DNA from: Malassezia furfur
Taxonomy: Eukaryota
Direction: 5' to 3' (one strand)
DNA: 64,000 nucleotides
NCBI GenBank assembly: GCA_052055015.1
Contig: JBQJIT010000012.1
The translations under genes and the position numbers were made by a program. The first letter of the stretch is position 1; every line of letters begins with the position of its first letter. Shown one piece after another: positions 43,311 to 54,400 of the stretch. The notes beneath the pieces are model-generated. The model searched no databases. It worked only from the letters and a program-made list of their open reading frames with translations, and was not told where the DNA came from.

Positions 43311-44673
43311 ATGGAACAGAAGACGCTGGAGTTGGGCATCATTGGGATGGGCGACATGGGTCGCCTATACGCCAACAAGCTTCATGCTGCAGGATGGGAG
43401 CACGTTATCGTGTGTGATCGTCCCGAGAACTACGAGCGTCTCGCTGCCGACTTCAAGGGTACGTGCTATTCTCACCCAAGATTCCGGCATCACCGTCGTC
43501 CGGGACGGACATCAAGTCGCGCGCCGCTGCGACTTCATCATGTACTCAATCGAAGCAGGAAACTTGGACAAGGTCGTCTCACAGTATGGACCCTCGCACA
43601 AAGTTGGCGCCATCGTCGCGGGTCAAACCTCGGTTAAGGCACCCGAGCAGGAGGCCTTTGAGAAGTACCTGCCCAGCGATGTATCGATCATCTCGTGCCA
43701 TTCGCTGCATGGGCCCCAGGTCGATCCCACGGGACAGCCGCTGGTCATTATCAAGCACCGTGGATCGGACGAGCAGCTGCAGCTCGTGGAGCGCATTCTG
43801 GGAGCGCTCAAATCGCGTATTGTCCGCATGAGCTATGAAGAGCACGACCTCATTACGGCGAATACCCAGGCGGTGACGCACGCCGCTTTTCTGACCATGG
43901 GGACAGCCTGGAGTCAGTCGCAAGAGTATCCTTGGGAGACCGGGATGTACCCAGGTGGGATTGAAATGGTGAAAATCTACCTGTGCCTGCGCATCTACGG
44001 TGCCAAATGGCATGTCTATGCGGGACTCGCCTTGCTCAACCCCGCTGCGCGAATCCAAGTGAAACAGTATGCAGCGAGCGCAACGGCGCTATTCAAATTG
44101 ATGCTGGAGGGCAACCGGGACGAGCTGGTTCGGCGTGTTTTCGCCGCGCGTCGCAGTGTCTTTGGGTGGGCCGACGACGAGGAAGGCGCCGAGGCGTTGA
44201 TCAGTGACGCCATGCTTGACCGGTTTTACGTGATTGCACAGCGCGTAAACCACGGCGAAGAGAGCGCGGAGGAGGCCGCTAAGGCGGTCAAGTCGCTGAA
44301 CCCGCCCCCCAATTCCCACCTATCGCTCCTGGCCATCGCCGACTGCTGGCATGTGCTCAGCATCGATCCGTACCGTCATCTGGAGCTTGCTGCCACGCCC
44401 GTGTTCCGCATGTGGATCGGCGTGACGCAATACCTGTTCCGCAAGCCGGAGCGCCTGCTGGACGCATGTCGCGCGGCGATGGACATTACCCAGTTCCGCT
44501 CGGATGACCTCGAGTTTGTGGTTGCTGCGCGCGGTTGGGCCCAGGCGGTGCAGTTTGGTGACTTTGACGCATACCGCAAGCGGTTTGAGCTAACGCGCGA
44601 ATTTTTTGCACCGCGTCTCGCACAGGCCAACAAAGTGGGCGCCGAAATGCTCAAGCAACTACGCATTCCGTAG
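43311..44673 (+). CDS. TYR1: Prephenate dehydrogenase (NADP+)
   Basis: GIIGMGDMG..YA, GQTSVKAPE, CHSLHGP, HD.ITANTQAVTHAAFL.MG.AW, KWHVYAGLA. Intron 43459-43480. Confidence 0.95.
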
Positions 44674-44678
44674 CCTCC

Positions 44679-45713
44679 TTATCGCTCCAATACCCAGTCA
44701 CGATAGGCACGCGTGGATCCCCATCGCGAGTCCAGCAGCGTGTAATCGAGCCATCGTTGCAAGGCCCTTCGACGCGTCTCGAGGAACGTCGGCATGTATT
44801 TATGCCATAGGCCCGTATGACGAGGTGGCAAGGCAGGCAGGGCACGGGCATACTGGGGCGCCTCTGCCGCCAGCCGCTGCCGGAGCTCCATGAAGGATGT
44901 ATAACGTTTGTACAATTGTAGCACAAGGCCCTGGGTAAGCGGGACACGTACCGACTTGGTGGTGACAACCACCTCGTAAGCGACCCAGCCTCGGGCGTAC
45001 GACCCGATTCGCTGCCAGCCGCGGATCCTTACTTCGTTCGCAAAACACTCCTCTGGAATATCTTCTTCTGTCGATGCAGCGGGCGCGAGGGTCTGCGAGC
45101 GCCTTTCGCGTTGAAGCGTAGGCGACGGCGGCAGCGGCATAAGGGACACCAGCGAGCTCGAATCGGGTAGCCCAGGCTGGAACTTCGGGACGGGTGTCAT
45201 AGAGCTTGATTGCTCGTGCGGAGAGTGGTGCACTGTGATGGATTCTTCCTGATGAGGTTCGGTGTCTTGCACAGATGTTTCGTCCGGTGGGGTAGTGTCT
45301 TGTGTCTCGTCCAGGGCGTTCGTTAGTGCGTCGGGGAAGCTCTCCATAAAAAACGAGGGCGGTTCCTTGATACATGGTACATCTTGTAGCGGTGGAGATT
45401 TGGAAACACACTGGCCGGCGAACAAGCGCGACCGTGCAGCCAGTTCCTGCTGAATTCCGTCGTGGAACGCCATGTGCCGCGGAGGCCGAGGTGGGGTGTC
45501 GGTATCCAGCCACGTCCCTGGTCCAAGAGGCAGTGAGCTCCAATCGCGGCGTCTTGAGCGTGCTTGGGTTGAGGAGGTATCCGCATCGCTGGCATCCCGG
45601 CTCCCTTTCGTCTCTTTGTGATCGCGCAAAACGATCAGATGCGATGTGTCGCTAAAATGGGGATTGCGCTTGGGCCGCCCCGAAGATGGGGCAGATGGCC
45701 CGGCTTCTGGCAT
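44679..45713 (-). CDS. PX-domain protein, Ypt35-like
   Basis: C-terminal PX domain: KRYTSF.ELR..L...LPALPP...FLETRRRALQRWL...LLD. Probable 21-nt intron 44931-44951. Confidence 0.75.
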   Translation of the reverse strand: MPEAGPSAPSSGRPKRNPHFSDTSHLIVLRDHKETKGSRDASDADTSSTQARSRRRDWSSLPLGPGTWLDTDTPPRPPRHMAFHDGIQQELAARSRLFAGQCVSKSPPLQDVPCIKEPPSFFMESFPDALTNALDETQDTTPPDETSVQDTEPHQEESITVHHSPHEQSSSMTPVPKFQPGLPDSSSLVSLMPLPPSPTLQRERRSQTLAPAASTEEDIPEECFANEVRIRGWQRIGSYARGWVAYEVVVTTKSVRVPLTQGLVLQLYKRYTSFMELRQRLAAEAPQYARALPALPPRHTGLWHKYMPTFLETRRRALQRWLDYTLLDSRWGSTRAYRDWVLER

Positions 45714-45880
45714 CTTCGGGTCTGTATAAGCTTCGCGTGGTCCAGCAGCAACGTGATCCGCGGAGCGTTGTCGACGATATGTTGGTCAGTGATGTCGACC
45801 CCAATGAGGCCTCGCAATAGGGACGTGATATTGTTCGCACGTGGCGAGATCTGTGCGTCGATCGTTACGCACGGGCGTCG

Positions 45881-46603
45881 ATGCCCTGGATCAGCTCCGT
45901 CGCATTGGCGACGGTTGTACTAATTGCTCTATGCTGTACACTGGCAATATTACGGCAAAGGCACAGTACCAAGTTGCGTCCTAATGCACCTGTTCGTCTC
46001 GCAGCTCTACTCGGGTCAGGTACGTCTGGCGCTCATAAAAGGTGGGCACACATCCGAAATGCTCGCGCTGCTGAGCTCCTTGCCCGCCGATCAGTATGCG
46101 CCGTTTCTGTACATGGTGTCTTCTGGAGATACGCACAGTTCCGCGAAAGCATGCGCCTTTGAAGAGCAATACCGGGGCACATCGAAAGCCCGTGAGGGGC
46201 TTTGTGTGGCCGTTCCTCGCGCTCGGTCGGTAGGACAGAGCTGGCTCACGACGCCCTTCACGGTGGCCTGGAGCTTGGGATTCTGTATGTGGGCGTTTGG
46301 ACTAGCGCCACTATATGCCCATTGGCGGCGCGGCACGCGGCTTCCCTTTGTTGATGTGATCCTGATGAACGGACCGGCGACGTGTGTGCCCGTGGCATTG
46401 GTTGCCTATGCGCCCCGCGTACGTTTTCTAACTCACCCCAGCTCATTGGACTGCCCTCACCACGCATAGTGTACATCGAGTCCTTTGCACGTGTGCGGTC
46501 ACTGTCGCTCACTGCGCGAATTTTGCGGCATGTCGTGGACGAGTTCGTGGTGCAATGGCGCACGGCTGACCCGAGCGCTACGTATTGTGGCCTATTAGTG
46601 TAG
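45881..46603 (+). CDS. ALG14: UDP-GlcNAc transferase subunit Alg14
   Basis: LGSGGHTSEM, PRARSVGQS..TTP, NGPATCVP, YIESFARV.SLSLT, VVQW. Introns 46020-46041, 46419-46441. Confidence 0.94.
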
Positions 46604-46626
46604 CTCATTACAATGTACAGGAGAAT

Positions 46627-46981
46627 TTACATCTGTGCGGCGGGGGCAATGTGCTGCTGCGTTCCAGCGGCGGGCACATTCATGGGCACAGCTGTGCCCG
46701 TGGGTGCCACCATGGGTGTCACGGTCGGGTAGGCGGCACCAGAGCTTACCGTTGCCTCTTCGTCATAGAGGCGGCGGTTTGCCTCGCGCTCGAGCTCGTG
46801 TTGCCTCGCCTCTTGGCGGTAGTCGTCTGTCGGCAGCGGCTTGTCGCCGCGCCATCGGTCTCCGCAACAGTTGATGCGGTCGCAACACGGGCAGATGTCA
46901 CCTCCCCACCGACCTGCATGTTAGGTTGAGCAACGTACACGGCAAGGACCACAAGAGAATTTCACAGAACGCGTCCGCCAT
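46627..46981 (-). CDS. Small Cys-rich hypothetical protein (109 aa, 2 exons)
   Basis: ATG 46981; canonical 25-nt intron 46914-46938 (GTACGT..CTAAC..CAG) joins it to an open exon ending TAA at 46627; CACGTG at 47020. Confidence 0.65.
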
Positions 46982-47214
46982 GATGATCGGGGCCGGACGA
47001 ACGCGTCTCCACGGCTGCCCACGTGACGGTTGTGGGCCATTCGCATCGCGGTGATCCGCCCAGCCCGCTGCGCCTGCTGCCCATGTAGGGTCCCCGTCCT
47101 CCGCGTATGCACACATCGTTCGCAACTACACATCCACAACTGCCGAGCGGGGCAGCAGGCACGGACATTACATAGAGAAAGTATGTGCCCTGCTGGTCTC
47201 GACGGCATTCGAGT

Positions 47215-48536
47215 TCACTTGCTCGACGAGCAATTGCCGCCGCCGCAAACTCCACCGACGACCGCGGCAATGATGATACTGATCAGCACGACTGTGTAAG
47301 CACTCGAGTGGCCACGTACCCAAGATCCAGAAGCAGATCCAGCGCATCTTGCGGCGCTTCTTGGCCGAAATAACCGCCTTGTCCGTCTGCTGACGTCTGT
47401 CTGTGAGTGATGCACACGTACGCTGCTTGGACCTCTTGCTCGGTGTGCTGCGCGTGGTCCTTGATCACGTTCAGCTGCTCGTCCTGCTGCTCGACCAGGA
47501 TCGACATCTCCTGGAAAAGCGCGGCAAGCTCAGTGATCGTCTGCTCAATACGCTGGATATCGTTGTGGCGCTCCTGCACCTCGCGCAGCGCACCGCGCGC
47601 CTCACCCTGGCGGTTCGAGTTGCGCAGCGCCTGCGCAAAGATCTGCTGGCCGCCCGACGAGCCGTCTAACGCGCCCTGGATCTCCTCCTGCGTCGCGTCC
47701 GGCTTGACAATACGCAGCTGGCGCTCGGTACGCTGGCGGTATTTGGTGCGGTACGCCTTTTCGACCTCCTGGTAGCGCAAGATGGTCTCCTTGAAGCGGT
47801 TCTTCGCAGCACCGATCTGCGTGAGGCGCACGTTGCGGTCGATGCCCTCGGGTGCGGGGCCCGATGCGGGGATCTTGACGGCCTCGGCCTCGAGCGCCTT
47901 GATCCGGTTCTTGACCGCGTTCGTCAGGCTGCTCGTCTCCTGCGCAAGCGCGGTGAGCTGCGACTCAGCCTCGAGCTGCGACGCCTCGCCAACGTTGTTG
48001 AGCGAGCGCGAGTGCAGCTCCGAGATCCGGTTGATGTTTTGGTCGATCTGACGAATGGCGTCCTGGATGCCGCTAATCTCGCTGAAGAACGAGCCGCTGT
48101 TGCCGTCGGGCATGTTGATCGCCGTGCTGCCCGCAGCGCCCGCGCCGTACGACTGGCCAGGCGTGGCGCTCGCGTACGTCGCCGGGCCGAGGCCATCGCC
48201 GCTCGTCACCACGTTGGTGTAGCGCGGCTGCATCTCGTACGAGTCCTGCGGCTGCGCCGAGACCGCCGACGCGGGCACGTTCGGCTGCTGGAAGACACCG
48301 TGCGAAGAAGGCGTGTATGCAGTCGTCTCCGAGTACACGCCGACGGGCGTCGCACCCACCGCGTTGCTCGTCCGCGGCAGGCCCGTTGCCGGGTCGTAGG
48401 GGACGCCGCTCGTCTGCTGCGTCGGGAAGAGGTGGTCGCCGTAGCCGTTGTTACCCGGCCCGGTCTCCGCGCCGCCGTATCCGCCGGACCCAGCTGCCTG
48501 CTGGGCCCGCATCGCTGCCAAACGATCGCGCGCCAT
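47215..48536 (-). CDS. SSO1: Plasma-membrane syntaxin (t-SNARE)
   Basis: MARDRLAAMR, Habc region, SNARE motif ALREVQERHNDIQRIEQTITELA.LF.EM..LVEQQ, C-terminal TM. Introns 47397-47421, 47292-47319. Confidence 0.92.
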
Positions 48537-48635
48537 GATGAAGAGAGTCTACTGCAACTGCGCGCACAAAGAGAAGCACCTGACCCGGCCAAGGAGTTCG
48601 GGCAACCTACAATATTGCAAAATTCTCCCGCGGAC

Positions 48636-49486
48636 CTAGCGTCGCGGCGCGCCAGCTGAGTCAGCGGCATCCGCCGCTGCACGCTCCTGGGCATCGCGCA
48701 AGGCGAGGTAGCCGCGGTTGTTCGGCGACGAGTACCATAGCAAGTCGCGCTTCGACACCGGGTCCGCAAAGTGCGGGAGCGGCTTGTTCTTGAGGAGCCA
48801 CTTGTGCGGCTGCAAAAGCGCACGCAGACTCGTAGCGTTGTAGTAGCGGCACACGATCGAGCCGCCCGCGGCCTCCACGGCCTGGATCGCCGACTGCGAC
48901 GCACGCGACACGACAATCTGGATGGGCGTAGTAAGGTGCGATGCTCCGTCGCCCAGCAGCTTCACGCCGTCGGCCACGCGGTGGATGCAGCGCGACTGGT
49001 ACAGCTCGCGGATCGTAATCGGCTCAGTAGGGTTCAGCCGCCCCTGGTCAATCCAGTACTGCAGACGGTCCACATTGAGCGGGACAAGTGTCTGTGCATG
49101 GCTGCGTCAGTCAGCACCGCGGCACGCACCTATTCACAAAGCCCCGCTTGGGGATGAGCCGCGTGAGCGGCGTCTGGCCGCCCTCGAAGCCTGGTTTCGG
49201 CTTGCCGTTACCCGCGCGGGCCTTCTGGCCCTTGTGGCCACGCGTCGAGGTGCCACCGCGGTCGGAGCCGTCGCCGCGCCCGAGACGCTTGCGCTGTGTG
49301 AGCGAGGGGGCGACGTACGTTCTTCTTGGGCTGCGCCGGCGTCAGGTTGCCGACGCGCACCGGGGACACGGTGGCATAGTTGGCCATTGCGATGCGAGGG
49401 AGTGCCGTCGCCGTCGCGCCCGCGCGCACGGTGGGCCGCGCGAACAGCCGCAGCGGCGCCGCCATCCACGACAGGACACTGGGCAT
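48636..49486 (-). CDS. MRPL10: Mitochondrial ribosomal protein uL15m
   Basis: [57 protein letters not shown]. Introns 49294-49318, 49102-49129. Confidence 0.92.
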
Positions 49487-49517
49487 CGTCGAAAAGACGA
49501 GGGTGCACGTGACCTCC

Positions 49518-51378
49518 ATGCCGCGCTCGGTGTCGGAGCTGTTGGCGCAACAGGGCGGCGCGGCGCCCAAGGTACGTGCGCACCCTACTTACCCAGCCGC
49601 GGTTCGTCTCGAAGAAAGAGCGCGAGGCGCATCGCGACCAGGAAAAGCAGGCCGAGGCTGCCGCGGAGGCGGAGCGGCTGCAGCGCGCCAAGGATGCGCG
49701 TCGCGCGTGGGAAGGCCAGGCGGCCGCAACGTCGACGCCCGACGCGGCGCGCGCGCCCGTCAAGCGCGCCGCGACCCCGAGCGAGCACGATACCCCCGAG
49801 CCGAGTGACGAAGGTGGCAGCGATGCGATCCGGCAGCGCTACCTCGGCACGCGCCCCGACCGCGCGCGCAAAGTGCGCCGCTCCAACGACCCCGCGAAGC
49901 GCTTCCAGTTCGAATGGGACCAAACCGAGGATACTACCGACCCGCACCAGCTTGCCCTTGCCGAGTCGGTGCAGACACCTGTGCTTGCCGGGCGCGCAGG
50001 CCTGGAGGGCTCCGAGCGCCGCGGCGGCCGCCCCAGTGTGCTCAAGTCGACCCTCGACGAGAAGCACTGGACCGAGAAGCCGCTGAGCGAGATGAAGGAG
50101 CGCGACTGGCGCATTTTTCGCGAGGACTACGGCATCGCGGTCAAGGGTGGGGCCATCCCCCCGCCGCTGCGTTCGTGGCGCGAGTCGTCGATCCCTGCGC
50201 CGGTGCTTGAAGCGATCGCCGAGATTGGGTACAAGGAGCCATCGCCCGTGCAGCGGCAGGCCATCCCCATTGGGCTAGAGCGGCGCGACCTGATTGGTAT
50301 TGCCGAGACCGGCTCGGGCAAGACGGCGTCGTTTGTGATCCCGATGCTGGCGTACGTCGCCGAACTGCCGCGGCTCGACGAGGAGAATGCGCATCTTGGC
50401 CCGTACGCGCTGATCCTGTCGCCCACGCGCGAGCTGGCACAGCAGATCGAGGCCGAGGCGCGCAAACTCGTGACGCGCCTCGGCGTGTCGGTGGTATCGG
50501 TCGTGGGTGGGCGCGACATTACCGAGCAGGCCTTCCACCTGCAGCGCGGCGCCGAGATAGTCATTGCGACGCCCGGTCGTCTCAAAGACTTGCTGGAGCA
50601 GCGCATCGTGATGCTCGGGCAGTGCCACTACCTCGTGATGGACGAGGCGGACCGCATGGTTGACATGAACTACGAAGCGGAGCTGGACTACATTCTTTCG
50701 CACCTGCCGCGCGACGCAACCGAATCGCGCGCGCGGCGCGTCACGATGCTCTACTCCGCGACCATGCCGCCGTACGTCGAAAAGATTGCACGCACCTACC
50801 TGACGCGCCCCGCCACTGTGCTCATCGGCAATGCGGGGCAGGCGGTCGGCACCGTCGACCAGCAGGTCGAGTTTGTGCACGGCGAGGAGAAGCGCAAGGC
50901 GCGTCTGCTCGCGGTGCTCGACAGTGGTCTGCCGCCGCCCATGATTGTGTTTGTCAACCAAAAGACCACCGCGGACCAGATTGGCCGCGAGCTGCGCCGC
51001 GCTGGGTGGCGCGTCGCTGTGCTGCATTCGGGGCTGTCGCAGACGCAGCGTGAGGCGTCCATTGCGTCGTTGCGCGAGGGGCGCAACGACGTGCTGTGCT
51101 GCACCGACATCGGTGCGCGTGGTATCGATTTGCCCGACGTGTCGCTCGTGGTCAACTACCAGTTCCCCACCAACTTCCCGTCGTACATCCACCGCATCGG
51201 CCGCACGGGCCGTGCGGGCAAGGCGGGCCGTGCCGTGACGTTTGTGGACGACGACGACGCGGAGCACCTGTTTGCACTGAAGCAAGAGGTGGCCAAGTCG
51301 CCCGTGTCCAAGGTGCCGATGGAGCTCGCGCGGCACCCCGCGGCGCAGGCGCCGCCCGCCGCGGCGCGCGGCGCATAA
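49518..51378 (+). CDS. PRP28: DEAD-box splicing helicase Prp28
   Basis: PKP.F.SKKER, KRFQFEWD..EDT, HW.EK.L.EM.ERDWRIFRED, AETGSGKT, DEAD, SAT, HRIGRTGRAG. Intron 49572-49596. Confidence 0.94.
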
Positions 51379-51427
51379 GCGTGCGTGTGTATGTGCATTC
51401 CGTAGCCGTGGTCCCTAGGTGATTTCG

Positions 51428-54400
51428 CTATGGTCCGGACAGCAGCCGGGTGCGCAGACTCTCGTCGAGCTCGGCGATCTCGGCTTGGAGCCGCGCGAGG
51501 CGCGCCTCCTTGCTCGCCGCCTCGAGCGCCGCTTGGTGCGTCTCGAGCTGCGTGGCGGCAAAGGCGTCCGCGTCCGCCGCGGTGTATTCGGCGAGCTGGT
51601 ACAGCATCGCCTGCGTCTCGGCGAGCGACAGGGCGTCGTTGGCGCGCTGCAGCGTGCGCTGCGCACGCACCTCGGCAAGGCGGCGGCGCGCACGCCAGTA
51701 GAAGTAGGAGCGCGCCTCGGACCAGGGCACGGCGCGGCGCAGCACGCCCGTCGCAAGCATGCGGCCCGCGCGGTCGTGTGCGTCCGCGTATTCGGTCGCA
51801 ATCGCAGTAAAGAAGGGCGCAATCTGGCGCTCGCGCTCGGCGAGGCGCGCTTTTGCCGCCGCACGTTCCGATGCGTCGGCGGTGCGCACAGCCTCGGCCA
51901 GGGCTGCGTACTGCACGTCGAGGCGCTCCATCGTTGCGCGCTGCTTGTCGGCACGGTACTTGATTTCGACGAGGCCCGCGGCCTCAAGCACACCGCCGCG
52001 CGCCGAGTCTGCATCTGCGCTCATCTCGATCATCCCGTTGGCATTCACCGCCGAGTCGATCACCACCCACGAGCCACCGCGCAGCTCGCCGGCGGGCGGG
52101 ATGTGGACAAACACGGGCTGGGTGTAGCTCGAGAGCGCGTCGACAATCTTGCTGCCCTGCTTGAGCACCTCGTCGTACATGTCCTGCTGCCCGCCACTGA
52201 ACCCACGCCAGTTGGCCAGCATCAGGAGCGGCAGGCCCTCACGCTGGAAGTCGAGGATCGCCTGCGCCGTCTTGTACGCCGAATTGGGGTACCACACCTG
52301 GCCCGCCTCAAATACGCGCTGCTCGTTCGAGTGCGGGTTCGCGGGGTCCGCGGGCATCACACGCTCGAGCGTGCGCGTCTCGACGGCAATCACGCCAAAC
52401 GGAATGCCGCCAAGGCGCGCGCGGCCCACCACAACGCTCGTGGCCCAGCCGGCAAGCGTCTCCTGGAACGAGTTGCGGTCAAACAGACCGGGCACGAACG
52501 TGCCGTCCGCACGCTCCTCGCCGGCAATCAAATGCCGGGGGTCGTACGGCGTGGTGCTCGGCGTGAACGCCACGGGGCGCTCGGGCGGGTCGAGCGTCGC
52601 GCCGATCGGCGGGGGGAGCCCTGCGCGCGCAGGCACGTACGCAAGCCACCGCAGGTAGGCCACCATCGCCTCGAGGTCCGACGGCACAGTCAGGTGCGAC
52701 ACACCGTTGCTGTACATGATTTGCGGACCACCCAGCTGCAGGTTGCTCGTGTACACCTCGCGACCCAGCAGCTTGTTCAGGGCTTGGAAGCCCGTCAGGA
52801 TCATCGGCGAGCTCTCCACCTGGATCACGCGGCCACCCAGGCGCGCGAGGTACGCGCCGATGCCCACGCTGCGGCCCGTGACGATCGTCGTGGTGAACAC
52901 GGCGTGGCGCGCACGGCTCATCTCGCCGGCAATCAGGCCCGAGCCGGACAGGCACTCGACACCGAGGCCGTCCGTCGAGGTGCCGATGATGTCGGTCAGT
53001 ACGTGGTGCGTCGTGCCGTCCGCGGCACGCACCGCGCGCGTCTTGACCGCACCGGGCGAGTTTGCATTGAGTTGCACCATGGCCTCGTCGTCGAGGTACA
53101 GGTACTCGAAGCCCATCGCTGGGTCGCCGTTGGTGAACTGCACCTTGAACAGGTCCATCGGCTCGGTGGCCAAACCGATGCGCGCACCACTGTTCGACGA
53201 CACATACAGCAGCGGCAGGCCATGCGTGCGTGCCTCGCGCGCCATCGCCGCAAAGAAGGCGTCCTCGGCAGGGCCAAACGAGCCGGCCTGCCACGTGACG
53301 TCGTTCGCGACGAGCAGCAGCGTGCGGCCGTTGGGGTACTCGGGTGTGTCGAGCACGAGGCGCCAGCCGACCATGCCGATCGTGTTGGACGCGCGGGCGC
53401 GCTGCACGGCGCGCAGCACACCGTCCGTCAGCACCAGCTCCTCGGCGCTGCGCACGGGGTCCGCCGGCGTGGCCTCCACCCCGAGCTGCTCCGCGTAGAT
53501 GCGGCGCAGCGCCTGGCGCAGCGCGTCCACCAGGTCGTACACAAACGTCGTGCCCAGGCGGTACGCCCGCGCGCGGCGCATCTCCGGCATCGGGCGGTTC
53601 TGGTAGGCACGGTGCGCGCTCTTGCGGTGCAGCGGCGCACTGTGCGGATCCGCACCGAGGCTCTTGAGCACCGCCGCGCCGTTCGCGTCGATCACCTCGT
53701 CGTAGACATCGTAGCGCTGCGTAAAGGTGGTCTCCGTCGAGACAAACACGCGCACGGGGCGCGGACCGGTGGGCGTCTGCAACACGATGCGGATCTCGGC
53801 CTCGGTGACCTGCAGGCGCGTCAGGCGCGAGTCGTGGCGCTCCACAAACTCGGCGAGCGTGCGCATCACGTCGGGCAGCTCGATCTGCATCGGGTACAGG
53901 AACGAGATGAAGATGTGCGACGCGTCCGCATTGCGGAACTCGGCGCGCCCGCGCGACACTTCGAGCATGCTCAGAATGTCGTTTAGGATCCGCTCACTCT
54001 CGGTGGTGAGGTAGAGCGGCACGTCCGCCTGCGGACGCCCGGGCCGGATCAGCGCACGTACAAAGAAGCGCACATCGGAGCGGTTCGTGTGGCCCTGCGC
54101 GTAGTACAGGTGCACACTCGAGCTGCTCATCGGCACGGGAACCACGTCAAAGTTCTTCGTGATGCGGTCCAGCTCGAGCTGGTACGACAGCGCCGGCTCC
54201 ACGTTCTGGATCGCGCGCTGCTCGCGCCACTCGCCCGAGTCCATGCGGCGGAGCGTGACGTAGAGCGGGTAGACGCCCGCCTGGCACAGCATCACCGTGA
54301 CACGGCGCAGACCCGCGGCGTTCAGCTCCGAGCCACTGCGCATGACAATCTCGGCAATCGCGGGGATCAGCTTGGGGTCCTTCAGCTGGGGCTGGTGCGT

